A DNA stretch of 64,000 nucleotides from an uncultured Chloroflexia bacterium (GCA_963749005.1 CAVVKI010000003.1:5533-69532), one strand, 5' to 3'; counted from the stretch's first letter, positions 47,172 to 58,107 are shown. Notes: generated by a model not told the origin, from the sequence alone. Program-made: numbers and translations.

Positions 47172-48215
47172 TTATTTCTCTATCTTTTCAATTTTGTGGT
47201 TTTTGAAGTCTATCAGATTAATCGAACCCGTGGCAAACATCGTGATTCGAAATATGCGTGAGATCACTTCAATTTCTTTTTCAAGCTGATCAGAAGACAT
47301 CGCTGCTTTCTTGAGAAGTGCGCCTGCCATTCCGGCCAAATCTGCCCCCAGAGCTATTGCCTTTGCCATTTCCAATCCATTACGCAAGCCACCTGATGCA
47401 AAAACATTCAAGTTCAGATGTTTCTCAACAATATCTGTGAGGGACTTTGAGGTGGGTAGTCCCCAATCCAGAAAGGATTCAGCTACTCGAATTTCATGTT
47501 CGTCAACTAATCGATAACGCTCCACTTGTGACCATGAAGTTCCACCTGCTCCAGAAACATCGATCGCAGAAACCCCTGCATCCATAAACTTTTTTGCCAC
47601 TACGGCAGAAATTCCCCAGCCTACTTCTTTTATAATCAGAGGAACCGGTAGATCGCGAGCAATTTGTTCAATTTTCAACAAAAGACCTTCAAAATTCGTA
47701 TCCCCATTTTTCTGTAAAGCCTCTTGAAGTGGATTTAAATGTAAAATTAAACCATCAGCCTCGATCATTTCGACAGCCTGAATGCATTCACGAATTCCAT
47801 ATCCATAATTGAATTGAACTGCTCCCAGGTTTGCAAACAACAAAATTGAGGGCGCATAACTGCGGACTTGAAAAGATGATGCTAATTTGGGGTTTTCAAT
47901 AGCAGCTCGCTGTGAACCCAATCCCATGGCCAGACCAAATTTTTCCGCCACTGTAGCCAATCTGTGGTTAATTTCGGCAGCGCGATCTGTTCCCCCTGTC
48001 ATAGAAGATATGAGCAGTGGAAAAGCCACTGTCTTCGCAAAAAGCTGCTGACTGGTATCTATTTTAGCAAGATCAATTTCAGGTAGTGCACAGTGCAGAA
48101 AACGATATGCCTCAAAACCATTACTTAACGTAGACGAGACATTCTTCTCAAGATTAATACTGATATGATCGTTTTTCCGATTAACAATAATTTCATCATC
48201 CATAACTTTTCTCAT
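47172..48215 (-). CDS. fni: Type 2 (FMN-dependent) isopentenyl-diphosphate delta-isomerase
   Basis: SSMTGGT, IIKEVGWGIS, SGAGGTSW, and ASGGLRNGLE TIM-barrel motifs. Confidence 0.9.
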   Translation of the reverse strand: MRKVMDDEIIVNRKNDHISINLEKNVSSTLSNGFEAYRFLHCALPEIDLAKIDTSQQLFAKTVAFPLLISSMTGGTDRAAEINHRLATVAEKFGLAMGLGSQRAAIENPKLASSFQVRSYAPSILLFANLGAVQFNYGYGIRECIQAVEMIEADGLILHLNPLQEALQKNGDTNFEGLLLKIEQIARDLPVPLIIKEVGWGISAVVAKKFMDAGVSAIDVSGAGGTSWSQVERYRLVDEHEIRVAESFLDWGLPTSKSLTDIVEKHLNLNVFASGGLRNGLEMAKAIALGADLAGMAGALLKKAAMSSDQLEKEIEVISRIFRITMFATGSINLIDFKNHKIEKIEK

Positions 48216-48281
48216 TCAAGGGGTATTAATACTATAAGTTATTGTTACTACATGAATTATAAATTCTTAAATAGATTTTAC

Positions 48282-48309
48282 TTGACAGAATGAAAAGGCA
48301 CGTTACAAT
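48282..48309 (+). promoter_or_regulatory. Promoter for the ACP gene (TTGACA, 16-nt spacer, TACAAT)
   Basis: TTGACA at 48282-48287 and TACAAT at 48304-48309. Confidence 0.5.
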
Positions 48310-48347
48310 TTTCATGTAAACAGGCTAGATATTTTCAGGAGGTATAA

Positions 48348-48584
48348 ATGAGCGATGTTTTTAACCAGGTCAAGGCGATTATTGTCGATGTTCTTAAAGT
48401 CGATGAAAACGAACTTGAAATGGACACACGATTTATTGAGGATTTAAAGGCAGACTCAATGGACCAATTCTTTCTCATAGATGGTTTCAGCGAAAAATTT
48501 GATTTGCAAATCCCGGATGAGGATGCCCGACAAATTAAATCTATTGGCGATGCGGTTCATTTCATAGAACAAAATTTAAATTAA
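48348..48584 (+). CDS. Acyl carrier protein (stand-alone)
   Basis: 78 aa. The phosphopantetheine site is DLKADSMDQF (DSxD variant of DSLD), and the layout is a four-helix ACP. Confidence 0.8.
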   Translation: MSDVFNQVKAIIVDVLKVDENELEMDTRFIEDLKADSMDQFFLIDGFSEKFDLQIPDEDARQIKSIGDAVHFIEQNLN

Positions 48585-48612
48585 TCTTCTTGCCTTGTCG
48601 AATTAATGATAG

Positions 48613-48638
48613 AAAAATGTGCCTTCGTGGCACATTTT
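48613..48638. terminator. Bidirectional intrinsic terminator between acp (+) and sucD (-)
   Basis: AAAATGTGCC-TTCGT-GGCACATTTT, a perfect 10-bp stem that includes A/T runs on both sides. Confidence 0.7.
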
Positions 48639-48640
48639 CA

Positions 48641-49507
48641 TTATCTCACCAGCAAATCAGCAATTTCTTCCGGGTGACGGGCAATCTGAACTCCGGAGAT
48701 ACGTAATGCATGAATCTTTTCAGCAGCCGTCCCTTCACCATCTTCGATAATAGCACCCGCATGTCCCATTCGCTTCCCTTCCGGTGCGGAATCACCAGCG
48801 ATGAAAGCCACGACTGGTTTAGTCATAAACCGCGCAATGTAATCAGCTGCCTTTTGCTCGTCATTTCCTCCTATTTCCCCAATCATCACCACCTGATCCG
48901 TTTGAGGATCTGTTTCAAACATTTCTAATAAGTCGATGAAATCTAATCCGTGAATCGGATCACCACCAATTCCAACACAAGTGCTGGCTCCTATATCTTG
49001 CATCAACATTGCTTGCAGCACTTCATATGTCAACGTTCCTGACCGCGAGATAACACCTACGCTACCAGGCTTGGAAATATTTCCCGGAATGATTCCGACT
49101 TTAGATTCTCCAGGTGTTAATAAACCCGGGCAGTTCGGTCCTACTAATTTTACATTGTGTTGGTCCAGGTACATCCGCACCCGCATCATATCTCGTACCG
49201 GAACACCTTCTGTAATACATACGACCAACGGAATACCAGCATCCGCCGCTTCGATCATTGCATCAGCTGCATAAATCGCAGGGACAAAGATTACACTGAC
49301 ATTTGCACCAGTTGCGTTTCTAGCTACTTTTACTGAATCAAAAATAGGCGTTTTGCCGTCAAAAATCCAATCTCCACCTTTTCCCGGGGTTACACCAGCC
49401 ACAATATTGGTACCATACTGAACCATTTGCCAGCTATGAAAGAGTCCTTCATTTCCAGTAATTCCTTGAACGATTACACGGCTGTTTTTATTGATGAGAA
49501 TGCTCAT
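48641..49507 (-). CDS. sucD: Succinate--CoA ligase subunit alpha
   Basis: [24 protein letters not shown], and MGHAGAI (phosphohistidine). Confidence 0.95.
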   Translation of the reverse strand: MSILINKNSRVIVQGITGNEGLFHSWQMVQYGTNIVAGVTPGKGGDWIFDGKTPIFDSVKVARNATGANVSVIFVPAIYAADAMIEAADAGIPLVVCITEGVPVRDMMRVRMYLDQHNVKLVGPNCPGLLTPGESKVGIIPGNISKPGSVGVISRSGTLTYEVLQAMLMQDIGASTCVGIGGDPIHGLDFIDLLEMFETDPQTDQVVMIGEIGGNDEQKAADYIARFMTKPVVAFIAGDSAPEGKRMGHAGAIIEDGEGTAAEKIHALRISGVQIARHPEEIADLLVR

Positions 49508-50646
49508 ATGGTTCCTCCTTCAGCCAATATCACCGCTGCTCTGGCCGCCTGTACCAGTGAAGTTGCGGTGTGGATTTCTGATTCTGCCAGTAATCTACGC
49601 CCTTCTTCAGCATTGGTTCCAACCAGGCGTACAACGACTGGTATTTTTACTTTCACATCTTTGAAGGCGGTAAGAATCCCGCGAGCCACTTCATCGCAAC
49701 GTGTTATGCCGCCAAAAATATTTATCAAGATCACACGCACATTCGGGTCTGACAAAATAATCCTCAGGGCAGCAGAAACTTTTTCAGAACCTGCGCCTCC
49801 GCCAATATCAAGAAAATTGGCAGGTAAACCACCCGATTGTTGAATAATATCCATCGTTGCCATCGCCAAACCCGCTCCATTCACCATGCAGCCAATCTGG
49901 CCATCCAGTTTAATAAACGCAAGACCATACTTGCGTGCCTCAATTTCAGCGGGTGCTTCGACATCCAGGTCACGAAGTTCCATAAAATCGGGATGTCGAT
50001 AGAGGGCATTATCATCGATGATCATTTTGGCATCTAGGGCTAGCAAACGACGATCTTTTGTGATGACCAATGGATTAATTTCCGCCAGCGTTGCATCGCT
50101 TTCCCAATAAACTCGAAACAGCCCGTGCAGAATTTTTATGAAACTCTTCCAATATTCCCGTGGAAGGTCGATCCCGAGAGCAATATCACGGGCTTGAAAG
50201 TCTTGTAAACCGATCAGCGGATTTATCGTAACCCTGACAATCTTTTCAGGTGACAACTGAGCAACTTCCTCAATATCGACACCCCCAGCGGCAGAAGCCA
50301 TTACGATTGGCGATTTTGAAACACGGTCGTTTACAATTGCCAGGTATATTTCTCTTTCAATACCTACAGCTTCGTCAACCAGGATTTTACGCACCGGCAA
50401 TCCTTTAATTTCCATCCCCAGAATATCAGTTGCAAATTGTTTCGCTTCAGACGGATCGCGTGCCAGCTTTATCCCTCCTGCTTTTCCCCGTCCACCTACC
50501 AATACTTGTGACTTAATGACGACTCGACCACCCAATTCTTCAGCAATCTGTTTAACTTCCGATGCAATATTGGCAATTCTGCCACGTGGTATCGGCACCT
50601 GATATTTTTCAAACAACTTCTTCGATTGGTATTCATGTAATTTCAT
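49504..50646 (-). CDS. sucC: Succinate--CoA ligase subunit beta
   Basis: Start [12 protein letters not shown] at 50646 with SD GAGGGAG. ATP-grasp domain, [21 protein letters not shown]. Confidence 0.95.
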   Translation of the reverse strand: MKLHEYQSKKLFEKYQVPIPRGRIANIASEVKQIAEELGGRVVIKSQVLVGGRGKAGGIKLARDPSEAKQFATDILGMEIKGLPVRKILVDEAVGIEREIYLAIVNDRVSKSPIVMASAAGGVDIEEVAQLSPEKIVRVTINPLIGLQDFQARDIALGIDLPREYWKSFIKILHGLFRVYWESDATLAEINPLVITKDRRLLALDAKMIIDDNALYRHPDFMELRDLDVEAPAEIEARKYGLAFIKLDGQIGCMVNGAGLAMATMDIIQQSGGLPANFLDIGGGAGSEKVSAALRIILSDPNVRVILINIFGGITRCDEVARGILTAFKDVKVKIPVVVRLVGTNAEEGRRLLAESEIHTATSLVQAARAAVILAEGGTI

Positions 50647-50812
50647 TAATTCTCCCTCACCAAAATCGAACAAAGATCCTTCACGATTTATAAAAAATTA
50701 TACATGCAGGCGCATTAGATTATTGGCATATGTATAAAGCAGTTCTGAAAATAGACAATAAAAAACCGGGAGATTACGAGCCTCCCGGTTATTGCATTTA
50801 CAAAAAAAGTCT

Positions 50813-51871
50813 TTAGCCTTTCAAGAAATCTTCAAGGGCGGATTTGCTGATACGGTAAGCAGTACCGATTTTTCTCGCCTTTAAATCTCCGCTTTGTATT
50901 GCAGCAAGGATATCCTCTTCCGAAACGCGTACAATCACGGCAGCTTCAGCTGGGGTCATTACATCACCCATCCCATTACTGGCAGCACCTGCTCCGGAAG
51001 CAGCTGCTGCTCCACCGGCTGAAGAACCAGTCATGCCAGACAATGATTGCGAGATAACATTCCCGAGGCCAACACCAGCACCAATTCCAGCTGTCAATCC
51101 TGCGCCACCACTTTCATTGCGAGCGGCATCGCGGAGTGCATCGGCAGCCTGAAGTTGTGTGTAGGTTTGCATATCCAGCATACCCATAGCCCGCAATTCC
51201 TCGGCTGATTTTTCAGAAGGTTTGATATTTGATATATAGAAAGACTTCAAGAGCAAACCGATGGCAGCAAAATCATCCTGCGCTTTTGCGCGAACACCAG
51301 CTCCAATTTCTTCGGTTAAGCCAATCAATTCGGCAACGCTCTTAACCGCTCCAGTCTCACCAAGGAGATCCTGTAATTTTGAAAGAAGCATTGCTCGCAA
51401 GCGACCTTCGATTTCTGACATGCGGTAAATGCCATTCGCACCGACCACCTGCGTAACGAATTGCTGTGCGTCTTTCACCTGGAAGCTGAAGCTTCCGAAA
51501 CCCTGCAATAAGGCAACACCCAGACCCATACCTGGATTACGGACAAGAATCGGTTGAGGCGTACCCCATTTCCGATCAACAAATTCGCGCATTGAGACAT
51601 AGTAGATTTCGGCTGTAAACGGGGTACGATCATTAAACACTTTCCCCACCAAATTGACGAGCAATGGAATGTTGGCGGTAACGATTGTATGCCGGCCAGG
51701 GCCAAATTCGTCTAAAGCGCGACCATCACGAAAGAAGATTGCCTTTTGAGATTCTCGCACGATCACCTGAGATCCAATGCGCAAATCTGCTACACCCACT
51801 TCCGGAAAACGGTGGACAATCTCATCTTTCATTTCACTTGCATATTCAACGACATCAAATACTCTAGCCAT
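50813..51871 (-). CDS. SPFH/Band-7 (YdjI/COG4260-like) protein fused to a C-terminal excisionase-type helix-turn-helix
   Basis: The N-terminal 250 aa parallel B. subtilis YdjI (VVEY…IGSQVIVRESQKAIFFRDGR…GPGRHT…KWGTPQPI). A Gly/Ala-rich linker follows, then MTPAEAAVIVRVSEEDILAAIQSGDLKARKIGTAYRISKSALEDFL (HTH_17-like). Confidence 0.7.
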   Translation of the reverse strand: MARVFDVVEYASEMKDEIVHRFPEVGVADLRIGSQVIVRESQKAIFFRDGRALDEFGPGRHTIVTANIPLLVNLVGKVFNDRTPFTAEIYYVSMREFVDRKWGTPQPILVRNPGMGLGVALLQGFGSFSFQVKDAQQFVTQVVGANGIYRMSEIEGRLRAMLLSKLQDLLGETGAVKSVAELIGLTEEIGAGVRAKAQDDFAAIGLLLKSFYISNIKPSEKSAEELRAMGMLDMQTYTQLQAADALRDAARNESGGAGLTAGIGAGVGLGNVISQSLSGMTGSSAGGAAAASGAGAASNGMGDVMTPAEAAVIVRVSEEDILAAIQSGDLKARKIGTAYRISKSALEDFLKG

Positions 51872-51911
51872 TTTTTACTCCATTTGTAATCTAATTATTT
51901 ACATTTATGAA

Positions 51912-52448
51912 TCAGGGAGTTTGTTCGGTATTGATACCACCCATGATCACTTCAGACCGTTTGTTATACGCATCCAAAGATTGTTGCGCCGTTGAAGTCA
52001 AATGCCGGATTGCCGCAGGCAAACCATCTGTTCCAAAGGATGCTTCTACATTATCGACGGCGCGACTGAGGAGATCCGCATGATCTAATAAAGCAAGATC
52101 ATACTGGTATACTGCCGCCAATTCTTCCTCACGGATTTTAACCGCATCAAAAAATGGGGCATATCCATAGGTCGCATGCCGAATCCTATCGATAAACTGT
52201 CGGATTTTTATTGCCCCTCTTTCAATATCATCGACCCATTCAAGCCCACCAGTGCTTATAAGTTCGGTTTGTAATCCGGAGATGCGATGCCACTGCTCTT
52301 CAAATCGATCCGCAACAGCTTCCCGCAAAATCTTGTCTGAAGCCCTGCGGTTTTCCCGCTCAATGTATCCATTAAAACCTGGAATTTTACTCAACAATTT
52401 CTTGATCACATCCTGATTGGCAGTTACGCGATCGAATAAATCACTCAT
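51912..52448 (-). CDS. Hypothetical alpha-helical protein, co-oriented 40 nt upstream of the SPFH-HTH gene
   Basis: 178 aa with a strong SD (AAGGAGGAG). No recognisable motif; the N-terminus is loosely PspA-like but the rest is not. Confidence 0.55.
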   Translation of the reverse strand: MSDLFDRVTANQDVIKKLLSKIPGFNGYIERENRRASDKILREAVADRFEEQWHRISGLQTELISTGGLEWVDDIERGAIKIRQFIDRIRHATYGYAPFFDAVKIREEELAAVYQYDLALLDHADLLSRAVDNVEASFGTDGLPAAIRHLTSTAQQSLDAYNKRSEVIMGGINTEQTP

Positions 52449-52462
52449 ATCTCCTCCTTCAT

Positions 52463-52492
52463 TAAGGTCTCATTCAATAAGGTCTCATTCAA
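52463..52492. repeat. Perfect tandem duplication of a 15-mer (TAAGGTCTCATTCAA x2)
   Basis: Read directly. It lies in the 5' leader of the minus-strand gene starting at 52448, directly upstream of its SD. Confidence 0.9.
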
Positions 52493-52750
52493 TTAATTAT
52501 TTATCGCATTTTTTATTATAGCTTAATCTGATGTTAAGCGAACACAATTCTATCTACACTATATACGTAAAACCATATTTTTCGTTTCTAGCCCCTATTT
52601 GATCGAAAAAAGGTGTTTTAGGCGTAAAATTTGCGTAAATACGACCTTTCCTGTAAGGTATCTGTAATGTAAACCTATTGCAATACTGACCGGAGAGGTT
52701 ATAATATGACTAACATTTTAGAAAATAAATTTGGGAAGGAGGTGACAAAC

Positions 52751-52897
52751 ATGTTATTCGCACCGAAAGAAAAAGGCCAAGGTTTAGTTGAGTACGCATT
52801 AATTCTTGTTTTAGTAGCTGTTGTTGTAATTGTTATTTTGGCGTTACTCGGACCGGCAATTGGTAATATCTTCAGTAATATCGTAACCGCAATCTAA
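52751..52897 (+). CDS. flp: Flp family type IVb pilin
   Basis: 48 aa from ATG 52751, with a very strong SD (GGAAGGAGGTGA). MLFAPKEKGQGLVEYALILVLVAVVVIVILALLGPAIGNIF carries the G/xxxEY Flp processing motif and a hydrophobic helix. Confidence 0.85.
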   Translation: MLFAPKEKGQGLVEYALILVLVAVVVIVILALLGPAIGNIFSNIVTAI

Positions 52898-52918
52898 TTG
52901 CACCAAGCATTGAATTGT

Positions 52919-52948
52919 AAAAGAGATCTCTCATGGGAGGTCTCTTTT
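52919..52948 (+). terminator. Intrinsic terminator after flp
   Basis: AAAAGAGATCTC-TCATGG-GAGGTCTCTTTT (one G-U). Confidence 0.7.
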
Positions 52949-53261
52949 CAAATTAATTACATTTTTTGGCTATGGGGAATTAACTCAAATTTTACTGTTT
53001 TCTGGTTTGTATCACCTTACAATACTGCAAAATGGACTTGCAAAATTGATTAATAATTTTTTCATTATGGTTGTATAATCAAAATGATCTCAAATCAAGT
53101 CCGACATCTAATATATTGGCACAATTTATGCATTATTCTAATATGTAAAGACGGCAGGGGAATACCATCATTTGTATGTTTGTGATCAATTTCAGTTTTT
53201 TAATTGCCGGATAATAAACAAATTGGTTAGTTTCCCGAACATTTAATAAGGAGACGTGGGC

Positions 53262-54347
53262 ATGGCTAAAAGTGGAACAAAAAGTGGAAGAGTAATAATT
53301 ATTGTGGCACTAGTTTTAATCGTTATTGTTTTAGGGGTTGCGTACGCATATATTCAGCTACGGCCATTGCTCCAACCCCAGGTCACGGATGTTCAACAAC
53401 CACAGGCAGTAGTTGAGGAAATGGTCGACATCGTAATTACGACCCAGGCAATTGCGCGTGGTGATGTAATTACAGAAAACGTTGTCGCTACGATTCCGTT
53501 TCCCAAGAAAGAACTGGTAGAGGGAACTTTTGTGACTGAATTGGATCAGGTTATTGGCAAAAAGGCGATGTATCCTCTCAAGCCACGCATGCCTATCACC
53601 CCAAGCTTGTTGATTGATTCGGTTACCGGGGGTTCAATTCCTGCCTTCGATATCCCAGTTGATAAGACAGCACTTTCGATACCTATCGATCGCGAAGCAT
53701 TGGTCGCCTTTGCACCACAACCAGGAGATCATGTGATGGTAATAGGCTGCATGTGGTTGGTAGACATCGATCCGGAATATCAAACCATTCTTCCGAACTA
53801 TACCGCTTCTGTGACAAAACAACTTTTTAATGCAGAAAGCACTGTAGAATCACTTTCCATTAATATTCAGGGCGGCAGCGATGCGTCTGCACAAGGTCGA
53901 ACTGAACTGGATCCAACGCTAAATGAACCTATTTACGTTCAGCCCTCGGAGACACAACGACCGCGTCTGGTTTGTCAAAATGTGATTCAAGATGCCATCA
54001 TTCTTCGAGTAGGCGATTTCCCATTGGACGGCGTTGATGAACCTGTAGTCACAGAAGTACCTGCGCCAGTACCTGGTCAGGAAGCAGCACCCGTTGAACC
54101 TCCACCTGATCCCGATATTGTCACTCTGGTAGTATCTCCGCAGGATGCAGTATTGATGAGTTATTTGAAACTCGCTAAAGTTTCATATACGCTCGCACTA
54201 CGAAACCCCAACAATATACAAGAGATCGTCACCGATGCTGTTACACAACAATATCTAATGGATCAGAAGAATATTCCTTTACCGGCAAAATTACCTTTTG
54301 CAATCGAAACACGATCTGGAGATTCTGCACCATTAACTAATCAATAA
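53262..54347 (+). CDS. cpaB: Flp pilus assembly protein CpaB/RcpC (SAF domain)
   Basis: ATG 53262 after AAGGAG. N-terminal TM anchor, SAF-like IARGDVITENVV, Pro-rich linker. Confidence 0.8.
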   Translation: MAKSGTKSGRVIIIVALVLIVIVLGVAYAYIQLRPLLQPQVTDVQQPQAVVEEMVDIVITTQAIARGDVITENVVATIPFPKKELVEGTFVTELDQVIGKKAMYPLKPRMPITPSLLIDSVTGGSIPAFDIPVDKTALSIPIDREALVAFAPQPGDHVMVIGCMWLVDIDPEYQTILPNYTASVTKQLFNAESTVESLSINIQGGSDASAQGRTELDPTLNEPIYVQPSETQRPRLVCQNVIQDAIILRVGDFPLDGVDEPVVTEVPAPVPGQEAAPVEPPPDPDIVTLVVSPQDAVLMSYLKLAKVSYTLALRNPNNIQEIVTDAVTQQYLMDQKNIPLPAKLPFAIETRSGDSAPLTNQ

Positions 54348-54412
54348 ACAAAATACTTAGGAAGTAAATAAATACCACATCACTTCCACAGAAATTGGAG
54401 TCATATCTTTAA

Positions 54413-55651
54413 ATGGCCGGACCAGAAAAAATTCGGGTACTCATCGTCGATGATATTCAAGAAACACGTGAAAACATTCGTCGGATGCTGCAGTTCGATC
54501 CATCAATTGAAATTATTGCTGAAGCGAGAACTGGCAAAGAGGCGATTGATTTAACACATCAGAAGCAACCCGATGTCGTAGTAATGGATATTAATATGCC
54601 TGATATGGATGGGCTGGTTGCAACCGAAGCAATTCGGCGGCGCTTGCCCTACATTCAGATTATTATCCTTTCAGTACAAAATGATCTAAGCTATATGCGC
54701 CGAGCTATGCTGGCTGGAGCTCGTGACTTCTTATCCAAACCGCCTATGATTGACGAACTTACGAATGCCATTCGTCAGGCCGGTAAGATGGCAATCGAAG
54801 AGAAACGAAAAGCTCAGGTAAATCTCGCCACAATTGAAGCTGCCAGCAGTTCTGCCGCCGGCCAACGAGCATTGGGCAAAATTGTCGTCGTATATAGCCC
54901 TAAAGGTGGAACAGGTTGTACAACGATTGCCACAAACGTTGCTCTTGGTCTTCAAACAGAAACAACGCCTGCAGTTTTAATCGATGCCAGCCTTCAATTT
55001 GGTGATGTTGCTGTCTTTCTTAACGAGCAAGGTCGCAATTCGATTATCGACCTGACGCCACGTGCTGATGAACTCGATCCGGATATCATTGAAGAAGTTA
55101 TGATCAATCATAAATCTTCCGACCTGGATATATTAGCCGCCCCTCCCCGTCCTGAATATGCCGACAGTATCTCATCAGATCAATTTTCGAAAGTGCTGTC
55201 TTATTTACAAAAAATGTATTCATATATTGTTGTAGATACAGCCTCCTACTTGACCGACGTAGTCCAATCATGCCTGGATGTCGCCAGCGTCATTATCCTT
55301 GTAGCCACTCAGGATATCCCTTCCATTAAGAATGCCAACTTATTCCTGGGATTATCAGATGCTTCTGGAATCAACCGTAAACGTATTTTGTTCGTCATCA
55401 ATCGCTTTGATAAACGAGTCTCGATTTCAGCAGAGAGAATTGGGGAAAGTTTGCGCCAACCAGTAGAAGCGGTAATTCCATTTGAAGATCGAATTGTAAC
55501 CACTTCCATAAATCGCGGAACACCTTTCATAATTGAAAACAAGGCATCAATTCTATCCAAAAGCATTTATACTGTGATTGAAAAAATTAATGAAAAGATA
55601 GCTGAACAACATGAAGAAGAATCAGTCGCACAGGCATCTTCCAGATATTAG
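54413..55651 (+). CDS. cpaE: Response-regulator receiver fused to a CpaE/TadZ ParA-type ATPase
   Basis: Canonical REC residues are present (LIVDD, VVMDINMPDMDG, IILS, LSKP). Deviant Walker A SPKGGTGCTT. Confidence 0.85.
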   Translation: MAGPEKIRVLIVDDIQETRENIRRMLQFDPSIEIIAEARTGKEAIDLTHQKQPDVVVMDINMPDMDGLVATEAIRRRLPYIQIIILSVQNDLSYMRRAMLAGARDFLSKPPMIDELTNAIRQAGKMAIEEKRKAQVNLATIEAASSSAAGQRALGKIVVVYSPKGGTGCTTIATNVALGLQTETTPAVLIDASLQFGDVAVFLNEQGRNSIIDLTPRADELDPDIIEEVMINHKSSDLDILAAPPRPEYADSISSDQFSKVLSYLQKMYSYIVVDTASYLTDVVQSCLDVASVIILVATQDIPSIKNANLFLGLSDASGINRKRILFVINRFDKRVSISAERIGESLRQPVEAVIPFEDRIVTTSINRGTPFIIENKASILSKSIYTVIEKINEKIAEQHEEESVAQASSRY

Positions 55652-55670
55652 GTAAAAAAGGGGTTTAAGT

Positions 55671-57077
55671 ATGTCAATTCTCAGGCGTATTCAGGGTGAA
55701 GGGCAAAACAATGGTGCACAACCGCCTAAACCCGGTGGCTCGGATCCTTTACGCAACCCTGCTTTGCAATCCAGGCGTATTAACGCACCATCATCTTCCA
55801 GTTCAAATGATACCTATCAAGACCTAAAAAACCGCGTTCAAACAAAGTTATTGGGGACTTTGGACCCCACTATGGATGTCACGCAAACAGCCGATGTGAA
55901 GAGAACAATACAGGAATTGTTTGAACAAATTTTGAATGAAGAAAATATTATCCTTTCGCGACCAGAACGATCACGAATGTTTGAGCAGATATCTGCTGAA
56001 ATTCTCGGATTTGGTCCTCTCCAGCGATTGTTAGAAGATGAGACGATTACAGAAATCATGGTTAACGGAGCAAAGAATATCTATATCGAGCGCTCTGGAA
56101 AAATCCTCAGGGAACCTATGGCATTTGAAAATGATGAACACGTAATGCGAATCATTGAAAGAATCGTTGCACCTCTTGGTCGTAGAATTGATGAATCGTC
56201 TCCGTATGTAGATGCACGTTTACCAGATGGATCTCGTGTAAATGCCGTCATTCCTCCTATCTCACTGGTTGGACCGGTGCTTACCATTCGTAAATTTGCG
56301 AAAACTCCGATCACTGTTGAAAAGCTGATTGAGTTTGGCTCGCTAACCCCAGAATCAATTCAATTCTTAGATGCCTGCGTGAAAGCGCGCTTGAATATTG
56401 TCATTTCCGGTGGTACAGGTTCTGGAAAAACAACCCTGTTAAATGTATTGTCTGGATTCATTCCTTCTGACGAGCGAATTGTCACAGTTGAAAATGCAGC
56501 AGAGCTCCAATTGAGGCAGGAACATGTGGTTACACTGGAATCCCGCCCACAAAACATTGAGGGCAAAGGCGAAATTACCATTCGTCAGCTGGTAGTAAAC
56601 ACATTGCGTATGAGACCGGACCGCATCATCGTTGGTGAGATCCGAGACGAAGCCGCCCTGGATATGTTGCAGGCCATGAACACCGGTCATGATGGTTCCA
56701 TGACCACTGCCCACTCGAATACACCGCGTGATACATTATCCCGTATGGAAACGATGACTCTGATGGCCGGAATGGAATTGCCGGTGCGTGCGATTAGAGA
56801 ACAAATTTCTTCAGCTATCGATTTAATTGTTCATCAATCCCGTATGCGTGATGGAACGCGTAAAGTAGTCAATATTACCGATGTAACCGGTATGGAAGGC
56901 GATATTATCACCATGACCGATGTGTTTGTTTTTGAACAAGCCGGTTTTGAAAACGGTCGTGTGATTGGCAGATTACGCCCTACCGGTTTACGTCCAAAAT
57001 TTATGGAAAAAATTGAACAGTCAGGCATTCACCTACCTCCTTCCATCTTTGGAATTGGAGACCGACGCCGCTACTAA
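55671..57077 (+). CDS. cpaF: CpaF/TadA secretion ATPase
   Basis: Walker [10 protein letters not shown], Asp box, Walker [10 protein letters not shown], His box [11 protein letters not shown]. Confidence 0.95.
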   Translation: MSILRRIQGEGQNNGAQPPKPGGSDPLRNPALQSRRINAPSSSSSNDTYQDLKNRVQTKLLGTLDPTMDVTQTADVKRTIQELFEQILNEENIILSRPERSRMFEQISAEILGFGPLQRLLEDETITEIMVNGAKNIYIERSGKILREPMAFENDEHVMRIIERIVAPLGRRIDESSPYVDARLPDGSRVNAVIPPISLVGPVLTIRKFAKTPITVEKLIEFGSLTPESIQFLDACVKARLNIVISGGTGSGKTTLLNVLSGFIPSDERIVTVENAAELQLRQEHVVTLESRPQNIEGKGEITIRQLVVNTLRMRPDRIIVGEIRDEAALDMLQAMNTGHDGSMTTAHSNTPRDTLSRMETMTLMAGMELPVRAIREQISSAIDLIVHQSRMRDGTRKVVNITDVTGMEGDIITMTDVFVFEQAGFENGRVIGRLRPTGLRPKFMEKIEQSGIHLPPSIFGIGDRRRY

Positions 57078-57098
57078 AAAAGAAAGCAGGCATAGCTT

Positions 57099-58088
57099 AT
57101 GGACCTCGCCCAACTTTTCAACCAAATTGACCCAATTGTAATCATCGCCACGGGAGCTGGAATCTCTTTTGTCCTGTTAATTATCGGCATAATCATAACC
57201 GTAACTGGTGATCGCAAGACAATGGAGCTGGAACGTCTGGGAAAGTATATTGCAGAAGATGAGTTATTATCCGAAAGAGAACGCTCAACCCCGCTGACCG
57301 ACTGGCTCAACCGGCGTGTTGAACGCTCTTCAATTGGTGAAAAATTATCTCAGAGTCTCTCACGCGCCGATTTAAAATTAAAACCTGGCGAATACATTGC
57401 CATTATGGTAATCGCTGCCTTCTTGGTAGGGTTTGTGCTCTGGTTTATTGGGGGAAGAGTAATTGTTATAGGTATTCTCGGAGCGGTTATTGGTTCATTC
57501 TTACCCCGCATGTATGTCAGTAGTCAACAGAAAAAACGTCTGGTCAAATTCGACAATCAATTACCGGATATGCTGAATTTAATGGTCAACGGTCTCCGGG
57601 CAGGTTTTTCCACCATGCAAGCAATGGAGGCGGTCTCGCGCGAATTACCGGCACCAATAAGCGATGAATTTCGGCGGGTCGTTCAGGAAATGCAGCTTGG
57701 CGTACCGATGGAACGCGCTTTGGATAACTTATTAGTACGCATACCCAGTGATGACCTGGACCTGACCATCACCGCTATCAACGTGCAACGCGAGGTTGGT
57801 GGTAATCTGGCGGAGATTATGGAAACAATATCGCATACGATTCGCGAACGTATTCGTATCAAAGGAGAAATTCGTGTTTTAACAACCCAAGTCATGTATT
57901 CCGGGCGCTTTCTCTCCATGTTGCCTATCTTTGTTATGGGTATTTTATACTTACTCAACCGGGAATACATGATGGAGTTTTTTAAACCGTCCAGTGCTCC
58001 ATGCGGTTACATTTCACTGGCTGTATCCGCGTTACTAATTTTCTTTGGCTATCTCGCTATGAACAAACTGGGTGATATTGAAATTTAA
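57099..58088 (+). CDS. tadB: Type II secretion system F family protein TadB
   Basis: 329 aa. T2SSF domain (LPDMLNLMVNGLRAGFS…A) flanked by TM helices. Confidence 0.85.
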   Translation: MDLAQLFNQIDPIVIIATGAGISFVLLIIGIIITVTGDRKTMELERLGKYIAEDELLSERERSTPLTDWLNRRVERSSIGEKLSQSLSRADLKLKPGEYIAIMVIAAFLVGFVLWFIGGRVIVIGILGAVIGSFLPRMYVSSQQKKRLVKFDNQLPDMLNLMVNGLRAGFSTMQAMEAVSRELPAPISDEFRRVVQEMQLGVPMERALDNLLVRIPSDDLDLTITAINVQREVGGNLAEIMETISHTIRERIRIKGEIRVLTTQVMYSGRFLSMLPIFVMGILYLLNREYMMEFFKPSSAPCGYISLAVSALLIFFGYLAMNKLGDIEI

Positions 58089-58107
58089 GGATTGAAAAGA
58101 GGGAAAA

